Assembly (NCBI GenBank): GCA_033763315.1
Contig: JANRKS010000016.1
Coordinates: 192,001-256,000, forward strand
DNA from: Deltaproteobacteria bacterium
Lineage (GTDB): Bacteria > Myxococcota_A > Polyangia > Fen-1088
DNA length: 64,000 nt
Reading direction: 5' to 3'
Both the position numbers and the translations under genes were made by a program. Below, one piece after another: positions 9,202 through 18,668 of the stretch; positions within the stretch are counted from its first letter, which is position 1; the number at the start of each line of letters is the position of its first letter. The notes below the pieces were generated by a model, which was not told the DNA's origin, made no database searches, and saw nothing but the letters and a program-made list of their open reading frames with translations.

Positions 9202-10521
9202 ATGTCTAACGTGCTTCGGGGTGTTGCGTGCGCGGGGCTTGGCTGGTTCATGGCTTGTGCCACGGCGCCCAAGGCGCCGCCACCCACCGCGCCACCGCCG
9301 GCCAAAACGCAAGCGCCCGCCACGCCGATGCAAGAAGAGGGCGCGCCGAATTTGCGTGCCGCTTTGGCGGCGCTTGAAAAGGCGGAAGCTGATGCGTTGG
9401 TGGCGCCGAACGACGTGGCCGCGTGGAGCCACCTCACGGTGCTGCTGCGCCAGGCTTACCGCACGCAAGAAGCCGCGCGCGCCGCGTGGCACGCGGTGGA
9501 GCTTGAATCGTCGTTTGCCACATGGACGAACCTGGGCAACGTGTTGGCCCAGGGCGATGTTTTCATGTCGATGGGCGGCGCCATGGGTGCCTTCCAAGCG
9601 TTCAAGATGGCGGCGCGCGAGGCGAAGGCAAAGGAGCCCGCACGCGTCGACGCCGCGAGCCGCAACTTCTTGAACCTGTCATACCGCGATCTGCAAATGG
9701 GGCACGACGACCAGGCGCTTGAACTCATCGCCTTGGCAGAGGCGCTCACGCCGCAGATGCCGCTGGTTCATTACGATAAGGCACGCGTGTTGGCTGCCAG
9801 CGATCGGCAGGTTGACGCGAAGACAGCGGCGCAGAAGTCACTCGATCTGATTGCGGCGTTGACACCCAACCAAACGCCAACCGACGCCTCGTTGGCGCAG
9901 GTTCAAAAGGCTGCAAGCGAGTTGGTGCAGGGCAAGCCAGCCAGCCGGCCACCGCTTGACGACGCAGGCGAGACGTTGCCCGAGCGGTTTTGGGAGAAAC
10001 CTCCTGAGCGCGGCCAGGCTTTGAATCTGCAAATTGATCGTGCGTCCGCGCGTTTCATTCCTTTGGTGCCGGGCATCGCCATGCGATTGCAAACACCCAC
10101 GAATTGGGCCCACAGCTTCAGGGCCACAGACAAGGCGGTTCATCTGAGGATGGCATCACCGGCCGGCGAAGGGCGCTTCTTGGTGCAAATCACCTTGTTT
10201 CCCGTGGCGCGAGAGAATTTCAACCTCAAAGAAGCCGCCGTGGCGGGGCGTCACGGCGCCCAGGCGCCTGACACAGAGGTGGGACCCCTGCTCCCTCTCG
10301 AACGCAAAGACGGCTTGGCGTTCTATTTCGAAGCCGTGGACAACGGGCATGCCACACGAACAGCGACGGCCTCGCCATACAAACACTTGGTGCAGTTGTT
10401 CGCTTACGCGCGGCCGTTCGTGTTCTCGGCAACTTTGTTATCGAAGCGGCCAGATGACGAGGTTAAGGACGCGATGTTGGAGATGATTCGCTCGTTCGAA
10501 ATCTTCCGCGTGGAGCCCTAA
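9202..10521 (+). CDS. TPR-like repeat lipoprotein
   Basis: Signal with FMAC lipobox, Pro-rich linker, TPR-like helices (WTNLGNVL, VHYDKARVLA), alpha/beta C-terminal domain. Confidence 0.65.
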   Translation: MSNVLRGVACAGLGWFMACATAPKAPPPTAPPPAKTQAPATPMQEEGAPNLRAALAALEKAEADALVAPNDVAAWSHLTVLLRQAYRTQEAARAAWHAVELESSFATWTNLGNVLAQGDVFMSMGGAMGAFQAFKMAAREAKAKEPARVDAASRNFLNLSYRDLQMGHDDQALELIALAEALTPQMPLVHYDKARVLAASDRQVDAKTAAQKSLDLIAALTPNQTPTDASLAQVQKAASELVQGKPASRPPLDDAGETLPERFWEKPPERGQALNLQIDRASARFIPLVPGIAMRLQTPTNWAHSFRATDKAVHLRMASPAGEGRFLVQITLFPVARENFNLKEAAVAGRHGAQAPDTEVGPLLPLERKDGLAFYFEAVDNGHATRTATASPYKHLVQLFAYARPFVFSATLLSKRPDDEVKDAMLEMIRSFEIFRVEP

Positions 10522-11069
10522 GGGCGACAGTAACCGATGGTGGCGTAGCCTTGCAGTGGCACGCACGCGTTCACGCCGCCACACAAGAAGCCTTGCTGGC
10601 AGATGCTCACGCACACGGGAACCTCTTTGCCGCAGATGGAGCCGGCCGTGCAATCTGAATCGTTGTTGCAAAGCACGCCAGGCACAGCGTCTCCTTCGAT
10701 CGCACACTTGGAGCCGCCCTTGCCAAACGGATAACACCCTTGCGCCTTGGCTTGGTTGTTGGGGCAGTTCTGCGTAAGCAGGCTGCATAATTCCGGATCG
10801 CCTGTGCCGGCTTCGCCGAGCGCGTCGGTGGCGCTGCCGGTATCAACCTTGCCATCCAACTTCACGGCGGCGTCAAGGCTCGCATTGGTGTCCTTCCGCA
10901 CCGGCGCGTCGTAGCCCGCACCCAGCCCGCCATCGCTGCTAACGATCGGCCGATCGCTGCCACCCGCGGCACCTGTACCGCCAATCCCTGGCTCCACGGG
11001 CGCTTGGCTCGATGAGCAAGCCACCACGAACGTCACTGCCACCACGAGAAGATTCAGATGCCACCGCAC
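10518..11069 (-). CDS. Hypothetical lipoprotein with Cys-rich C-terminal domain
   Basis: VVAC lipobox, D-G/D-A linker, many Cys in the last ~90 aa, typical of myxobacterial disulfide-rich domains. Confidence 0.7.
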   Translation of the reverse strand: MRWHLNLLVVAVTFVVACSSSQAPVEPGIGGTGAAGGSDRPIVSSDGGLGAGYDAPVRKDTNASLDAAVKLDGKVDTGSATDALGEAGTGDPELCSLLTQNCPNNQAKAQGCYPFGKGGSKCAIEGDAVPGVLCNNDSDCTAGSICGKEVPVCVSICQQGFLCGGVNACVPLQGYATIGYCRP

Positions 11070-11116
11070 GATGGTTCCAGTTTATGCCAAACCCACGCGG
11101 CTGGCCTGCACTAGTT

Positions 11117-11800
11117 CTAGTTCAAGGCGGCGCCGGGCCGCATTCGCGCCAGCAAGCTGGCCACCTCGCGGGACAGCCGATCCATGCGCAGCCACGGATT
11201 CAAGGTCTCAAGCAGCGCTTGGCGCGCGAAGCCATCTGTGACCAAAACCGAAGCCAACCGGTCAGTGAGTCGCGCCACCGACACGGGCTCTCGCACCGCT
11301 TTGCGCAAAGCCAAGGCGTCGTCATCCTCCAGCCGCAAAGCGACTTCTTCGATCAACGCGCGCAAGGCGGCTTCCGAGGATTCTTTGCGCGCCGGTGACG
11401 CGTCATCGCCAGGGTCATCGACCAGCTGTTCAACGCTGACGCTGCGGTAAGGCTTGCCCGTGTGTAACTCGCGCCCGACGCGGCCGCGCGCGCGACCTTC
11501 AAGCAAGATGTTGAACCGCCCTTCAGCCAGCGCTTCGGACGCCACGATCTCGCCAATGCCCACGATTTGTGCGATCGCCGGTGGCGGCCCACCAGGCACT
11601 TCATCTTCTTTTCGATACGCCATGGCAAGCAAACGATCGCCAGCCATCACGTCGCGGATCATCTCCTTGTAGCGCGGCTCGAAGATGTGGAGCGGCAACA
11701 TGGCGCCAGGAAACAAGACCATGTTGGGCAGCGGAAACACCGGCAAAGACGCCAAGGCGTCAGGTGCGAGTTTCGTTTGGCTATCGTCATCCGAAGACAT
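11117..11800 (-). CDS. LON peptidase N-terminal substrate-binding domain protein
   Basis: LPVFPLPNMVLFPGAMLPLHIFEPRY, GRFNILLEG; no protease or ATPase domain. Confidence 0.9.
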   Translation of the reverse strand: MSSDDDSQTKLAPDALASLPVFPLPNMVLFPGAMLPLHIFEPRYKEMIRDVMAGDRLLAMAYRKEDEVPGGPPPAIAQIVGIGEIVASEALAEGRFNILLEGRARGRVGRELHTGKPYRSVSVEQLVDDPGDDASPARKESSEAALRALIEEVALRLEDDDALALRKAVREPVSVARLTDRLASVLVTDGFARQALLETLNPWLRMDRLSREVASLLARMRPGAALN

Positions 11801-12500
11801 CGACGCACGACCCTGACAAAGCCGCCGGCGCCGACGAGGCGAGGTAGAGCACAACGTTCGCGATGTCAGCGGGCGACATATTTGGCGTGCCACCCGGCAT
11901 GCCGATTTGAAGCATCTCCGTGTCTACGGATCCCGGGCACACCGCGTTCACTTTGATGTCTGTGCCACGCAGCTCTTCGGCAAGCGCGCGCGTGAAGCCC
12001 ACAACCGCGTGCTTAGCCGTGCAATAGGAAACCAATTGTGCCGTGCCTTGCCGCCCCGCGATCGAAGAAAGGTTGATGATGCGCCCTGTGCCGCGCATTT
12101 TCATCGCGCGCAAAAACGCGCGGGTCATATAAAACACGCCCGACACATTCACATCCAGCATGCGCTGCCAGGTGGCGTCGTCCAGATCTTCAAGCGCGCC
12201 GCGCACCACGATGCCTGCGTTGTTCACCAACACGTCAGGCACACCGAACGATGTCACCAGTTGCCTCGCGAATCTTTCCACGTCTTCGCTGTCGGCCACA
12301 TCGCAACGGACAAAACGGCATCGCACACGCAGCGCTTCCGGCAAATCATCTAAGAAGGTGTGCGTGGACGCTTGCAGGCCACAGCCCACAACACGAGCGC
12401 CGTGTGTGGCAAGCAACGCCGCCGTGGCGCGACCGATGCCACGCGAAGCGCCCGTGACCACCACAACCTTGTCTTGCAGCACAGGTGCGGTCATCGTCAC
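11787..12500 (-). CDS. SDR family oxidoreductase
   Basis: TGASRGIG, NNAG, YCTAK, NAVCPG. Confidence 0.92.
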   Translation of the reverse strand: MTMTAPVLQDKVVVVTGASRGIGRATAALLATHGARVVGCGLQASTHTFLDDLPEALRVRCRFVRCDVADSEDVERFARQLVTSFGVPDVLVNNAGIVVRGALEDLDDATWQRMLDVNVSGVFYMTRAFLRAMKMRGTGRIINLSSIAGRQGTAQLVSYCTAKHAVVGFTRALAEELRGTDIKVNAVCPGSVDTEMLQIGMPGGTPNMSPADIANVVLYLASSAPAALSGSCVDVFG

Positions 12501-13075
12501 CGGCTCCCCAAGTTGGCTGCCGCCAGCAAACGTGCTTTGAGATCGGGGCGTTGTTGCATCTGCCCCACAAACGCGCTGGTCACCACGCCTGATTGATCAT
12601 GCCGCTCGCCAGGCAAGGCCAAACACATCTGTTCCGCTTCGATCACGCAACCCGCGCCCGCGGCACCCAGGCCTTCCATCAATGACTGAGCGATCTGGTG
12701 CGTGGCGCGCTCTTGCAACGTCAGCCGCTTCGTAAAGCACTCGACCAGATCGGCAAGACGTCCAAAACCAATCAGCTTGCCGTTGGGAATGTAAGCCACG
12801 TGTGCCACGCCTCGGTAAGGCACCAAGTGATGCGGGCACATCGAGTGAAAGCGCAAACCGCCCACCACCACCACGTCGGGATCGGCTTCACCCAATACGG
12901 GGGAGCCCAAGATCTCCTGCGGGTTCATCGCATAACCAGCAAGGAATTCCTTCATCCACAAGCTGGTCACACGCGCGGCCGTTCCGGTGAGATCGCCGTC
13001 GCGATCGGGATCTAAGCCACACGCGCGGAGCCAAGCCGCCACCGCCACCGCCATATCCGCTTCATTCGCTGCCAC
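12497..13075 (-). CDS. folE: GTP cyclohydrolase I (FolE family, divergent)
   Basis: TAARV, SMCPHHLVP, RLTLQER, EQMC; GTG start at 13075 after a GAAGGAAGG RBS. Confidence 0.82.
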   Translation of the reverse strand: MAANEADMAVAVAAWLRACGLDPDRDGDLTGTAARVTSLWMKEFLAGYAMNPQEILGSPVLGEADPDVVVVGGLRFHSMCPHHLVPYRGVAHVAYIPNGKLIGFGRLADLVECFTKRLTLQERATHQIAQSLMEGLGAAGAGCVIEAEQMCLALPGERHDQSGVVTSAFVGQMQQRPDLKARLLAAANLGSR

Positions 13076-13112
13076 GTGCTGCGTGCCTTCCTTCGAAGGG
13101 CTGATGCCCAAA

Positions 13113-13559
13113 CTAATCGAGCGCCGGCGTGTCCAGCGGCACCAAGCTATCAAGCGGGCGGCGACCGCCATAGCCCGTGTCCACGGGGTGCCAATGGCCG
13201 AGCTGCTTTTCGCCTAAACGCCAACACAAGTAGATGTCGTCCGTCCCGCGGCGGGCAGGAAAATCAACCAAGCCCGTTTCGAGATCTTTCACTTCGCCGC
13301 CGAGATCAGCAACTTGCCCTAAGGATTCGATGAGCATTTCATAGAACGCGCGAAACATGGCTTTGGCGCTCTTAATGGCAGGCGAGCCCGTTTCATCTTC
13401 ACCGGCCAAGATCTCTTTGCTTGGCTTGACGCCCAGGCGCGTGAGGTTCTCTTCTTCTCGGCGCAAAGACGCGTGGATTTGCAACACATCTGTGAAGATG
13501 CGTTCCAACTTAGGGATAAGGCGATTCACCTCACCTATGGTGAAAACCCGACGGGGCAT
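13113..13559 (-). CDS. DUF2203 family protein
   Basis: FTIGEVNRLIP; VKDLETGLVDFP...YLCWRLGE...WH...GYGGRRPL. Confidence 0.88.
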   Translation of the reverse strand: MPRRVFTIGEVNRLIPKLERIFTDVLQIHASLRREEENLTRLGVKPSKEILAGEDETGSPAIKSAKAMFRAFYEMLIESLGQVADLGGEVKDLETGLVDFPARRGTDDIYLCWRLGEKQLGHWHPVDTGYGGRRPLDSLVPLDTPALD

Positions 13560-13588
13560 GGGGTAGGCTTATACCAAAGAAAGGCGCC

Positions 13589-14380
13589 ATGCCATCTGAA
13601 CCCAACAAACGTGACAAAACGAAAGCGCAGCCCAAAAGGGCCTTGACTGGCAAAACAGTTTTGGTCACAGGCGCAGCCGTGCGCGTAGGTCAGGCGATCG
13701 CTTTGTGCCTGGGCGAAGCGGGCGCGCGCGTGGCGGTGCACCACCACCAGTCGCACAAACCGGCCGCAAAATTCGTTGAAAAGCTGCAGTCTAAAGGCAT
13801 CGAGTCAGCCGCATTCGCTGCGGATCTAAGCGATGCCAAAGCCCCTGCAAACCTGGTGTCGCGCGTGCGGGCTTGGTCGGGGCAATTGGATGTTCTGGTT
13901 AACAGCGCAGCAATTTTTGGTAAGCAAGCGTTCGAGAAAGTTGAGCGATCCACGCTTGATCAGTTGTGGGCACTGAACTTCCGCGCACCCTATCTGTTAG
14001 CGCAGGCGGCCTTGCCTATGCTTAAACGCAGCGGCGGTTCGATCATCAACATCCTTGATGTTGCAGCCTTTTCCGCGTGGAACGGCTACAGCGCCTACTG
14101 CCCCACCAAGGCAGCGCTGGCGATGTTGACCCGCAACTTGGCCGTGGAACTGGCCCCCGAAGTCCGGGTCAATGCTGTGGCCCCCGGCGCGGTGATGTTT
14201 CCGAAGGATTACGATGAAAGCGCTCGCCAGCGGGTGGTTGAAAAGATACCGCTCGCACGTGAGGGCTCGCCGTTGGATGTGGCCAAGGCGGTGCTTTATT
14301 TGGCCACCGCCAGATATGTCACAGGTGCCGTGATTCCGGTTGATGGGGGGCGTTTGGCCGGCCAGCGCGGCCTGCTCTAG
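13589..14380 (+). CDS. Pteridine reductase-like SDR (FolM/PTR1 type)
   Basis: TGAAVRVG (Arg in the Gly loop as in PTR1/FolM), VNSAAIF, IINILD, YCPTK, ELAPEVRVNAVAPG; neighbours folE. Confidence 0.8.
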   Translation: MPSEPNKRDKTKAQPKRALTGKTVLVTGAAVRVGQAIALCLGEAGARVAVHHHQSHKPAAKFVEKLQSKGIESAAFAADLSDAKAPANLVSRVRAWSGQLDVLVNSAAIFGKQAFEKVERSTLDQLWALNFRAPYLLAQAALPMLKRSGGSIINILDVAAFSAWNGYSAYCPTKAALAMLTRNLAVELAPEVRVNAVAPGAVMFPKDYDESARQRVVEKIPLAREGSPLDVAKAVLYLATARYVTGAVIPVDGGRLAGQRGLL

Positions 14381-14431
14381 CCCGGGCGTCGTGGTCGGCG
14401 CGGCCGCACGCGTGTGCTACTTTGCAGCGCT

Positions 14432-15040
14432 ATGTCCGTTGATATCTCGTCGCTGACGTCTGTGGTTTTGCGGTTCGCCCACATTTCGTTCGGCATTTTG
14501 TGGCTGGGGACGCTCTATTTCTTCGCACTCGTAAACGCTCCGTTTCAAAAGGAGCTGGACGATGTGACAAAAGCCAAGGTCAACCCGGCCTTGCTTCTGC
14601 GCGGCTTGTATTGGGCCAAGCGGGCATCGCTTTACACGATGATCTTCGGGTGGGCGCTGTTTGGGCACAAGTACGGCAGCCAGGGTTTGCTGCGCGAAGG
14701 CGCCGGCCTTTCAAACCGCGCCGTGTGGATCTTGGCAGGGGGCATCTTGGCCACAGTGATGTGGTTCAACGTTTGGTTCTTGCTGTACCCACGTTATCGA
14801 GCTGTGCTCATGGGTTTGGCGAAAGGACAACCGCCTGCCGACGCCGTTGCGTTGTTGGCTTCAGCCAGCCAAGTGTCGAGCTTCAATTTTTACGCGTCTG
14901 GTCCCTTGTTGTTCGCCATGATTGTGCCCAACAATTTCCCAGGTCTATCGCCTGTGGCCATGGTGGCGGCGGTGGTCATCGGCTGCGGCTTCTGGTTCGG
15001 CCTCGGCAAGCGCGCGTTTAAGTTCAAACCATTGGCGTAA
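14432..15040 (+). CDS. PuuD-like (urate oxidase N-terminal domain family) membrane protein
   Basis: LRFAHISFGILWLGTLYFF and MWFNVWFLLYP motifs; several TM helices; no CxxCH. Confidence 0.7.
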   Translation: MSVDISSLTSVVLRFAHISFGILWLGTLYFFALVNAPFQKELDDVTKAKVNPALLLRGLYWAKRASLYTMIFGWALFGHKYGSQGLLREGAGLSNRAVWILAGGILATVMWFNVWFLLYPRYRAVLMGLAKGQPPADAVALLASASQVSSFNFYASGPLLFAMIVPNNFPGLSPVAMVAAVVIGCGFWFGLGKRAFKFKPLA

Positions 15041-15045
15041 CGTTC

Positions 15046-16224
15046 GTGTCAGAGACTTTTTTCAAACCAGCCAACCGCACCGTTGGCATCGGCACGTCGA
15101 TCTTTACGGAGATCTCCGCGTTGGCGGTGCAACACGATGCCGTCAATTTAGGACAGGGCTTCCCGGATTTTCCTGCGCCCGAGTTCGTGAAGGCCGCGGC
15201 GCGCGCGGCGATCAGCGAGAACCACAATCAATATGCACCGGCCGCGGGCTTGCCACGCTTACGCCAAGCGGTGTCAGCGCATTGGGAGCGCCGTCACGGT
15301 ATGCGCTGGGACGCAGCCGATGAAATCACGGTCACCCAAGGCGCGACCGAAGGCCTGTTCGCTGCCGCGATGGCCACGCTCAACCCCGGTGATGAAGCCA
15401 TCGTGTTCGAGCCGTTTTACGACGCTTATGTGCCTGACATTCAAATGGCGGGAGCGCTGCCACGCTTTGTGCGCCTGCAGCCTCCCACGTGGTCGTTTCG
15501 CACCGAAGATCTTGTGGCGGCGTTCTCGCCACGCACAAAGGTGATTTTCCTTAACACGCCCCACAACCCCACGGGCAAGGTGTTCACGGAACAAGAGCTG
15601 GATGTGATCGCAGAGCTGGCGCGCAAACACAACGTTATCGTGATCGCGGACGAAGTGTATAGCGAACTCACGTTCGATGCCCCGCACACACCCATCGCCA
15701 CGCGCCCTGGCATGCGAGAGCGCACAATCACGCTCGACAGCATAGGCAAAACGTTCAGCGTCACAGGCTGGAAAATCGGTTGGGCGCTCGCGGCCCCAGC
15801 GCTGACCAAGGCACTGCGTGCCGCGCATCAGTTCATCACCTTTTGCAACGCCACACCGTTTCAGGTGGCGGCAGCATACGCGTTAGAGCAAGCGCCAGCC
15901 TTTGGGTATTACGAAGAGCTGCGCAAAGCCTACGATGTGCGACGGCAAGCGCTGACGGCGATCTTGAACCAAGCCAACTTGGCGCCGCTGCCAATCGCGG
16001 GCGCATACTTTCTCTTATGCGACATCGCAAAACAGCCGTTCGCCACAGACACGGACTTTTGCAAACACCTGATCGAACATGTGGGCGTGGCAGCCATTCC
16101 CACGTCATCGTTCTATGCGAACCCGCGCACAGCTCCCAAGCTGGCGCGGTTTTGTTTCGCGAAATCGCAAGCCGCCTTCGATGAAGCAGCCAAGCGGTTG
16201 GCGGCCCTGCCCCAGCAGCCCTAG
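15046..16224 (+). CDS. PLP-dependent aminotransferase class I/II (YbdL/DapC/kynurenine aminotransferase-like)
   Basis: AVNLGQGFPDF, NTPHNPTG, DEVY, SIGKTFSVTGWKIGW, RFCFAK. Confidence 0.93.
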   Translation: MSETFFKPANRTVGIGTSIFTEISALAVQHDAVNLGQGFPDFPAPEFVKAAARAAISENHNQYAPAAGLPRLRQAVSAHWERRHGMRWDAADEITVTQGATEGLFAAAMATLNPGDEAIVFEPFYDAYVPDIQMAGALPRFVRLQPPTWSFRTEDLVAAFSPRTKVIFLNTPHNPTGKVFTEQELDVIAELARKHNVIVIADEVYSELTFDAPHTPIATRPGMRERTITLDSIGKTFSVTGWKIGWALAAPALTKALRAAHQFITFCNATPFQVAAAYALEQAPAFGYYEELRKAYDVRRQALTAILNQANLAPLPIAGAYFLLCDIAKQPFATDTDFCKHLIEHVGVAAIPTSSFYANPRTAPKLARFCFAKSQAAFDEAAKRLAALPQQP

Positions 16225-17249
16225 GCGCGGTGCTGGTCGATCAGCTCGCGCGCGCGCTTTGGGTTTTGTTTGCATTCCAGCAGCGCGCTCAACAGCAACG
16301 GCGCCACGATTGTGGCATCGGATTCGATCACGAACATCGGCGTATCCTCGGTCAATTTGTCCCACGTGATCTTCTCGTTCGGCGTGGCGCCCGAATAAGA
16401 TCCGTATGACGTTGTTGAATCCGAGATCTGGCAGAAGTAAGCCCACGGCTTGACCGGCTGATCCAAGTCGTACTTGATCGAAGGCACCACGCAGATGGGG
16501 AAATCGCCCGCTATGCCGCCGCCGATTTGGAAAAAGCCCACGCCGGGTCCGGACGAAAGCTCACGGTACTGGTCGTAAAACGCAGCCATGTATTCAATGC
16601 CAGATTTTGCGATGCTGGCGCTGCATTCGTCGAACTTCACGTGTGAAGCGAAGATGTTGCCAAAGGTTGAGTCCTCATAGCCGGGCACCACCACGGGCAA
16701 CTTGGCGCGCGCGGCCGCCAGCAACCAACATTCTTCGGGATTGCCTTCATAGAGCTCGCTGCCGATCGTTTGAATCAACTCGTAAAAGTATTCGTGCCAA
16801 AACCGGCGCTGGTTGTTCTTCGTGGCGTCTTTCCACATCGGCACGATGAACTTTTCCACCGCACGAAAGGCCTCGTCCTCAGGAATGCTGGTGTCGGTCA
16901 CGCGGCGCATGCGATCGTTTAAGATCTGCGTGTCGTGTTGCTTGGTGAAATAGCGGTACTCAGGAAAGTCCTTGTAGCCGTGGTGTGCCACCAAACGAAA
17001 TAGCGATTCTTCCAAATTGGCGCCCGTGACAGAGAGGCCATGAATCAAACCCGCGCGGATGGCGGGAGCCAACGTGACGCCCAACTGAGCGGACGACATC
17101 GCGCCTGCCACAGCCCAAAACATCTTGCCGCCCTTTTCGATGTGGTCCCAATAGGCAAGCAAGGCATCGCGCGTGGCGCGTGCATTGAAGTTCTTGTAGT
17201 TCTTCAATACGAACTCAAGCATCGGAAGCGGCGTGTTGGCAGTGCTCAT
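16221..17249 (-). CDS. Deoxyhypusine synthase-like protein
   Basis: AGAMSSA, TGANLEE, QIGGGIAGDF, DSTTSYGSYSGATPNEKITWDK, ESDATIVAP. Confidence 0.88.
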   Translation of the reverse strand: MSTANTPLPMLEFVLKNYKNFNARATRDALLAYWDHIEKGGKMFWAVAGAMSSAQLGVTLAPAIRAGLIHGLSVTGANLEESLFRLVAHHGYKDFPEYRYFTKQHDTQILNDRMRRVTDTSIPEDEAFRAVEKFIVPMWKDATKNNQRRFWHEYFYELIQTIGSELYEGNPEECWLLAAARAKLPVVVPGYEDSTFGNIFASHVKFDECSASIAKSGIEYMAAFYDQYRELSSGPGVGFFQIGGGIAGDFPICVVPSIKYDLDQPVKPWAYFCQISDSTTSYGSYSGATPNEKITWDKLTEDTPMFVIESDATIVAPLLLSALLECKQNPKRARELIDQHRA

Positions 17250-17260
17250 AATTCGCCCTT

Positions 17261-17533
17261 TTACCAGGGCCTGGCCACGCGTGGGAGTGATTGTGCCGCG
17301 AAAAAAGCAAAGTCACGCAAAAGTGTCGAGATGGCCATCACCCGGTCCCAACCAGTTGGCCGTCGCGCATCACCAATTGCCTCTGGCGAGGACCGCTTGA
17401 TGAGTGCGCGCGCCACGGCCACTTGAAAGCCGACGCCCATCGCGATGGCTACGACCAAAAGCGACGTCGAGAAGACGCTTTCAGTCAGGCTTCGGCGCGC
17501 CAGAAACAGCGTGATTCTCAATCTTGTCAACAA
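17261..17533 (-). pseudogene. Possible truncated ABC-transporter (FtsX/MacB-type) permease N-terminal fragment
   Basis: RBS plus TTG right after the VIT gene; LARRSL...STSLLVVAIAMGVG resembles permease TM1; the rest is short and unrecognisable. Confidence 0.35.
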
Positions 17534-17540
17534 AGCACCC

Positions 17541-18290
17541 TCACCCGACCGCGACACCCAATAGACGCCCTATGGCCGCCGTCGCCGCCATGGCAAACGC
17601 GCCGCCCAAGGTCACGCGCCAAGCACCACGATACATCGGCGCTCCGCCCAAGTAGCTGCCAAACGCGCCTAAGCTTGCCAAAGCCACCAAGCTGACAGCC
17701 GCAATCGTTGTGCCTCGCCACGCCGTGGGTGCGATCAGCAAAGCAACGATGGGCACGAGCGCAAACGAAGCGAAGCTCGCCGCCGAGATCCACGCGGCCT
17801 GCCAGGGGCGCGCCAGCGAATCGCGATCAATGCCCAATTCGTCGCGCATGTGGGCGCCCAATTGATCGTGCGCCGATAATTGCGCGGCCACCTTAAGCGC
17901 CAATTCATGCTCAACGCCACGCTTGACGTAGATCATGGCCAGCTCGTTTAACTCCGCTTGCGGTTGGCTGGCTAGCTCTTGCGTCTCACGCGCGATGTCC
18001 GCCTGTTCGGCGTCGCGCTGGCTGCTGACAGACACATATTCACCCGCCGCCATCGACATCGCGCCGGCCACCAAACCGGCCGCGCCGGCCACCAAGATGG
18101 CCTCCCGCCCCGCGGAAGACGCCGCCACGCCAATCATGAGACTGGCGGTCGACACCACGGCATCGTCGGCGCCCAGCACCGCCGCACGCAACCACGCCGC
18201 GCGGCCGCTCAGGTGGGTTTCGCCATGCCGCGTGCTTCGCGATGTTTTGGTTGACGGGCGCTGTGCCGCACCCGCTTTGGCGTCTTTCAT
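17541..18290 (-). CDS. VIT1/CCC1 family iron/manganese transporter
   Basis: WLRAAVLGADD, AGAMSMAAGEYVSVSSQRD, HMRDELG, PWQAA. Confidence 0.93.
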   Translation of the reverse strand: MKDAKAGAAQRPSTKTSRSTRHGETHLSGRAAWLRAAVLGADDAVVSTASLMIGVAASSAGREAILVAGAAGLVAGAMSMAAGEYVSVSSQRDAEQADIARETQELASQPQAELNELAMIYVKRGVEHELALKVAAQLSAHDQLGAHMRDELGIDRDSLARPWQAAWISAASFASFALVPIVALLIAPTAWRGTTIAAVSLVALASLGAFGSYLGGAPMYRGAWRVTLGGAFAMAATAAIGRLLGVAVG

Positions 18291-18383
18291 GTCGACCGTA
18301 CTTTACGCGATGACCGCTGGCGCAGGGACGCGGCCACACAGAAACACAGGCTGCCGGTGAGCAGGCATGGCAAAATGCCGATC

Positions 18384-18665
18384 ATGGCTGTCCTACGCTA
18401 CGTGCCGGTGTCGCCCGAATGGATGTCGCTCAAAGAGCGCGCTTCGGCATTGGTGGCGGCGCTGCCCGATCAAGGCCACGATCAACTCATTGACACGCTC
18501 GCGGTGGCCGAGTCATTCAAGGCGGTGGCGATGCAGTTGCTGCAAGCCACGTACAGCACCGGTCAAACCAGCAAGCGTTTCATGGCTGTGGTCAAAGCCC
18601 TTGACTTGGCAACGCCCAAGTCGGCGTTGCAGGCGTTTTTGCAGGACGAGACCTCGCTCGGCTGA
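18384..18665 (+). CDS. Small hypothetical helical protein
   Basis: ~93-aa ORF with protein-like composition filling the gap between two minus-strand genes. Confidence 0.55.
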   Translation: MAVLRYVPVSPEWMSLKERASALVAALPDQGHDQLIDTLAVAESFKAVAMQLLQATYSTGQTSKRFMAVVKALDLATPKSALQAFLQDETSLG

Positions 18666-18668
18666 TCG

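Noticed and set aside
9108-9437. 110-aa N-terminal extension of TrhO in the ORF track
   Set aside because: Overlaps the divergent lipoprotein gene; family similarity begins at ATG 9107
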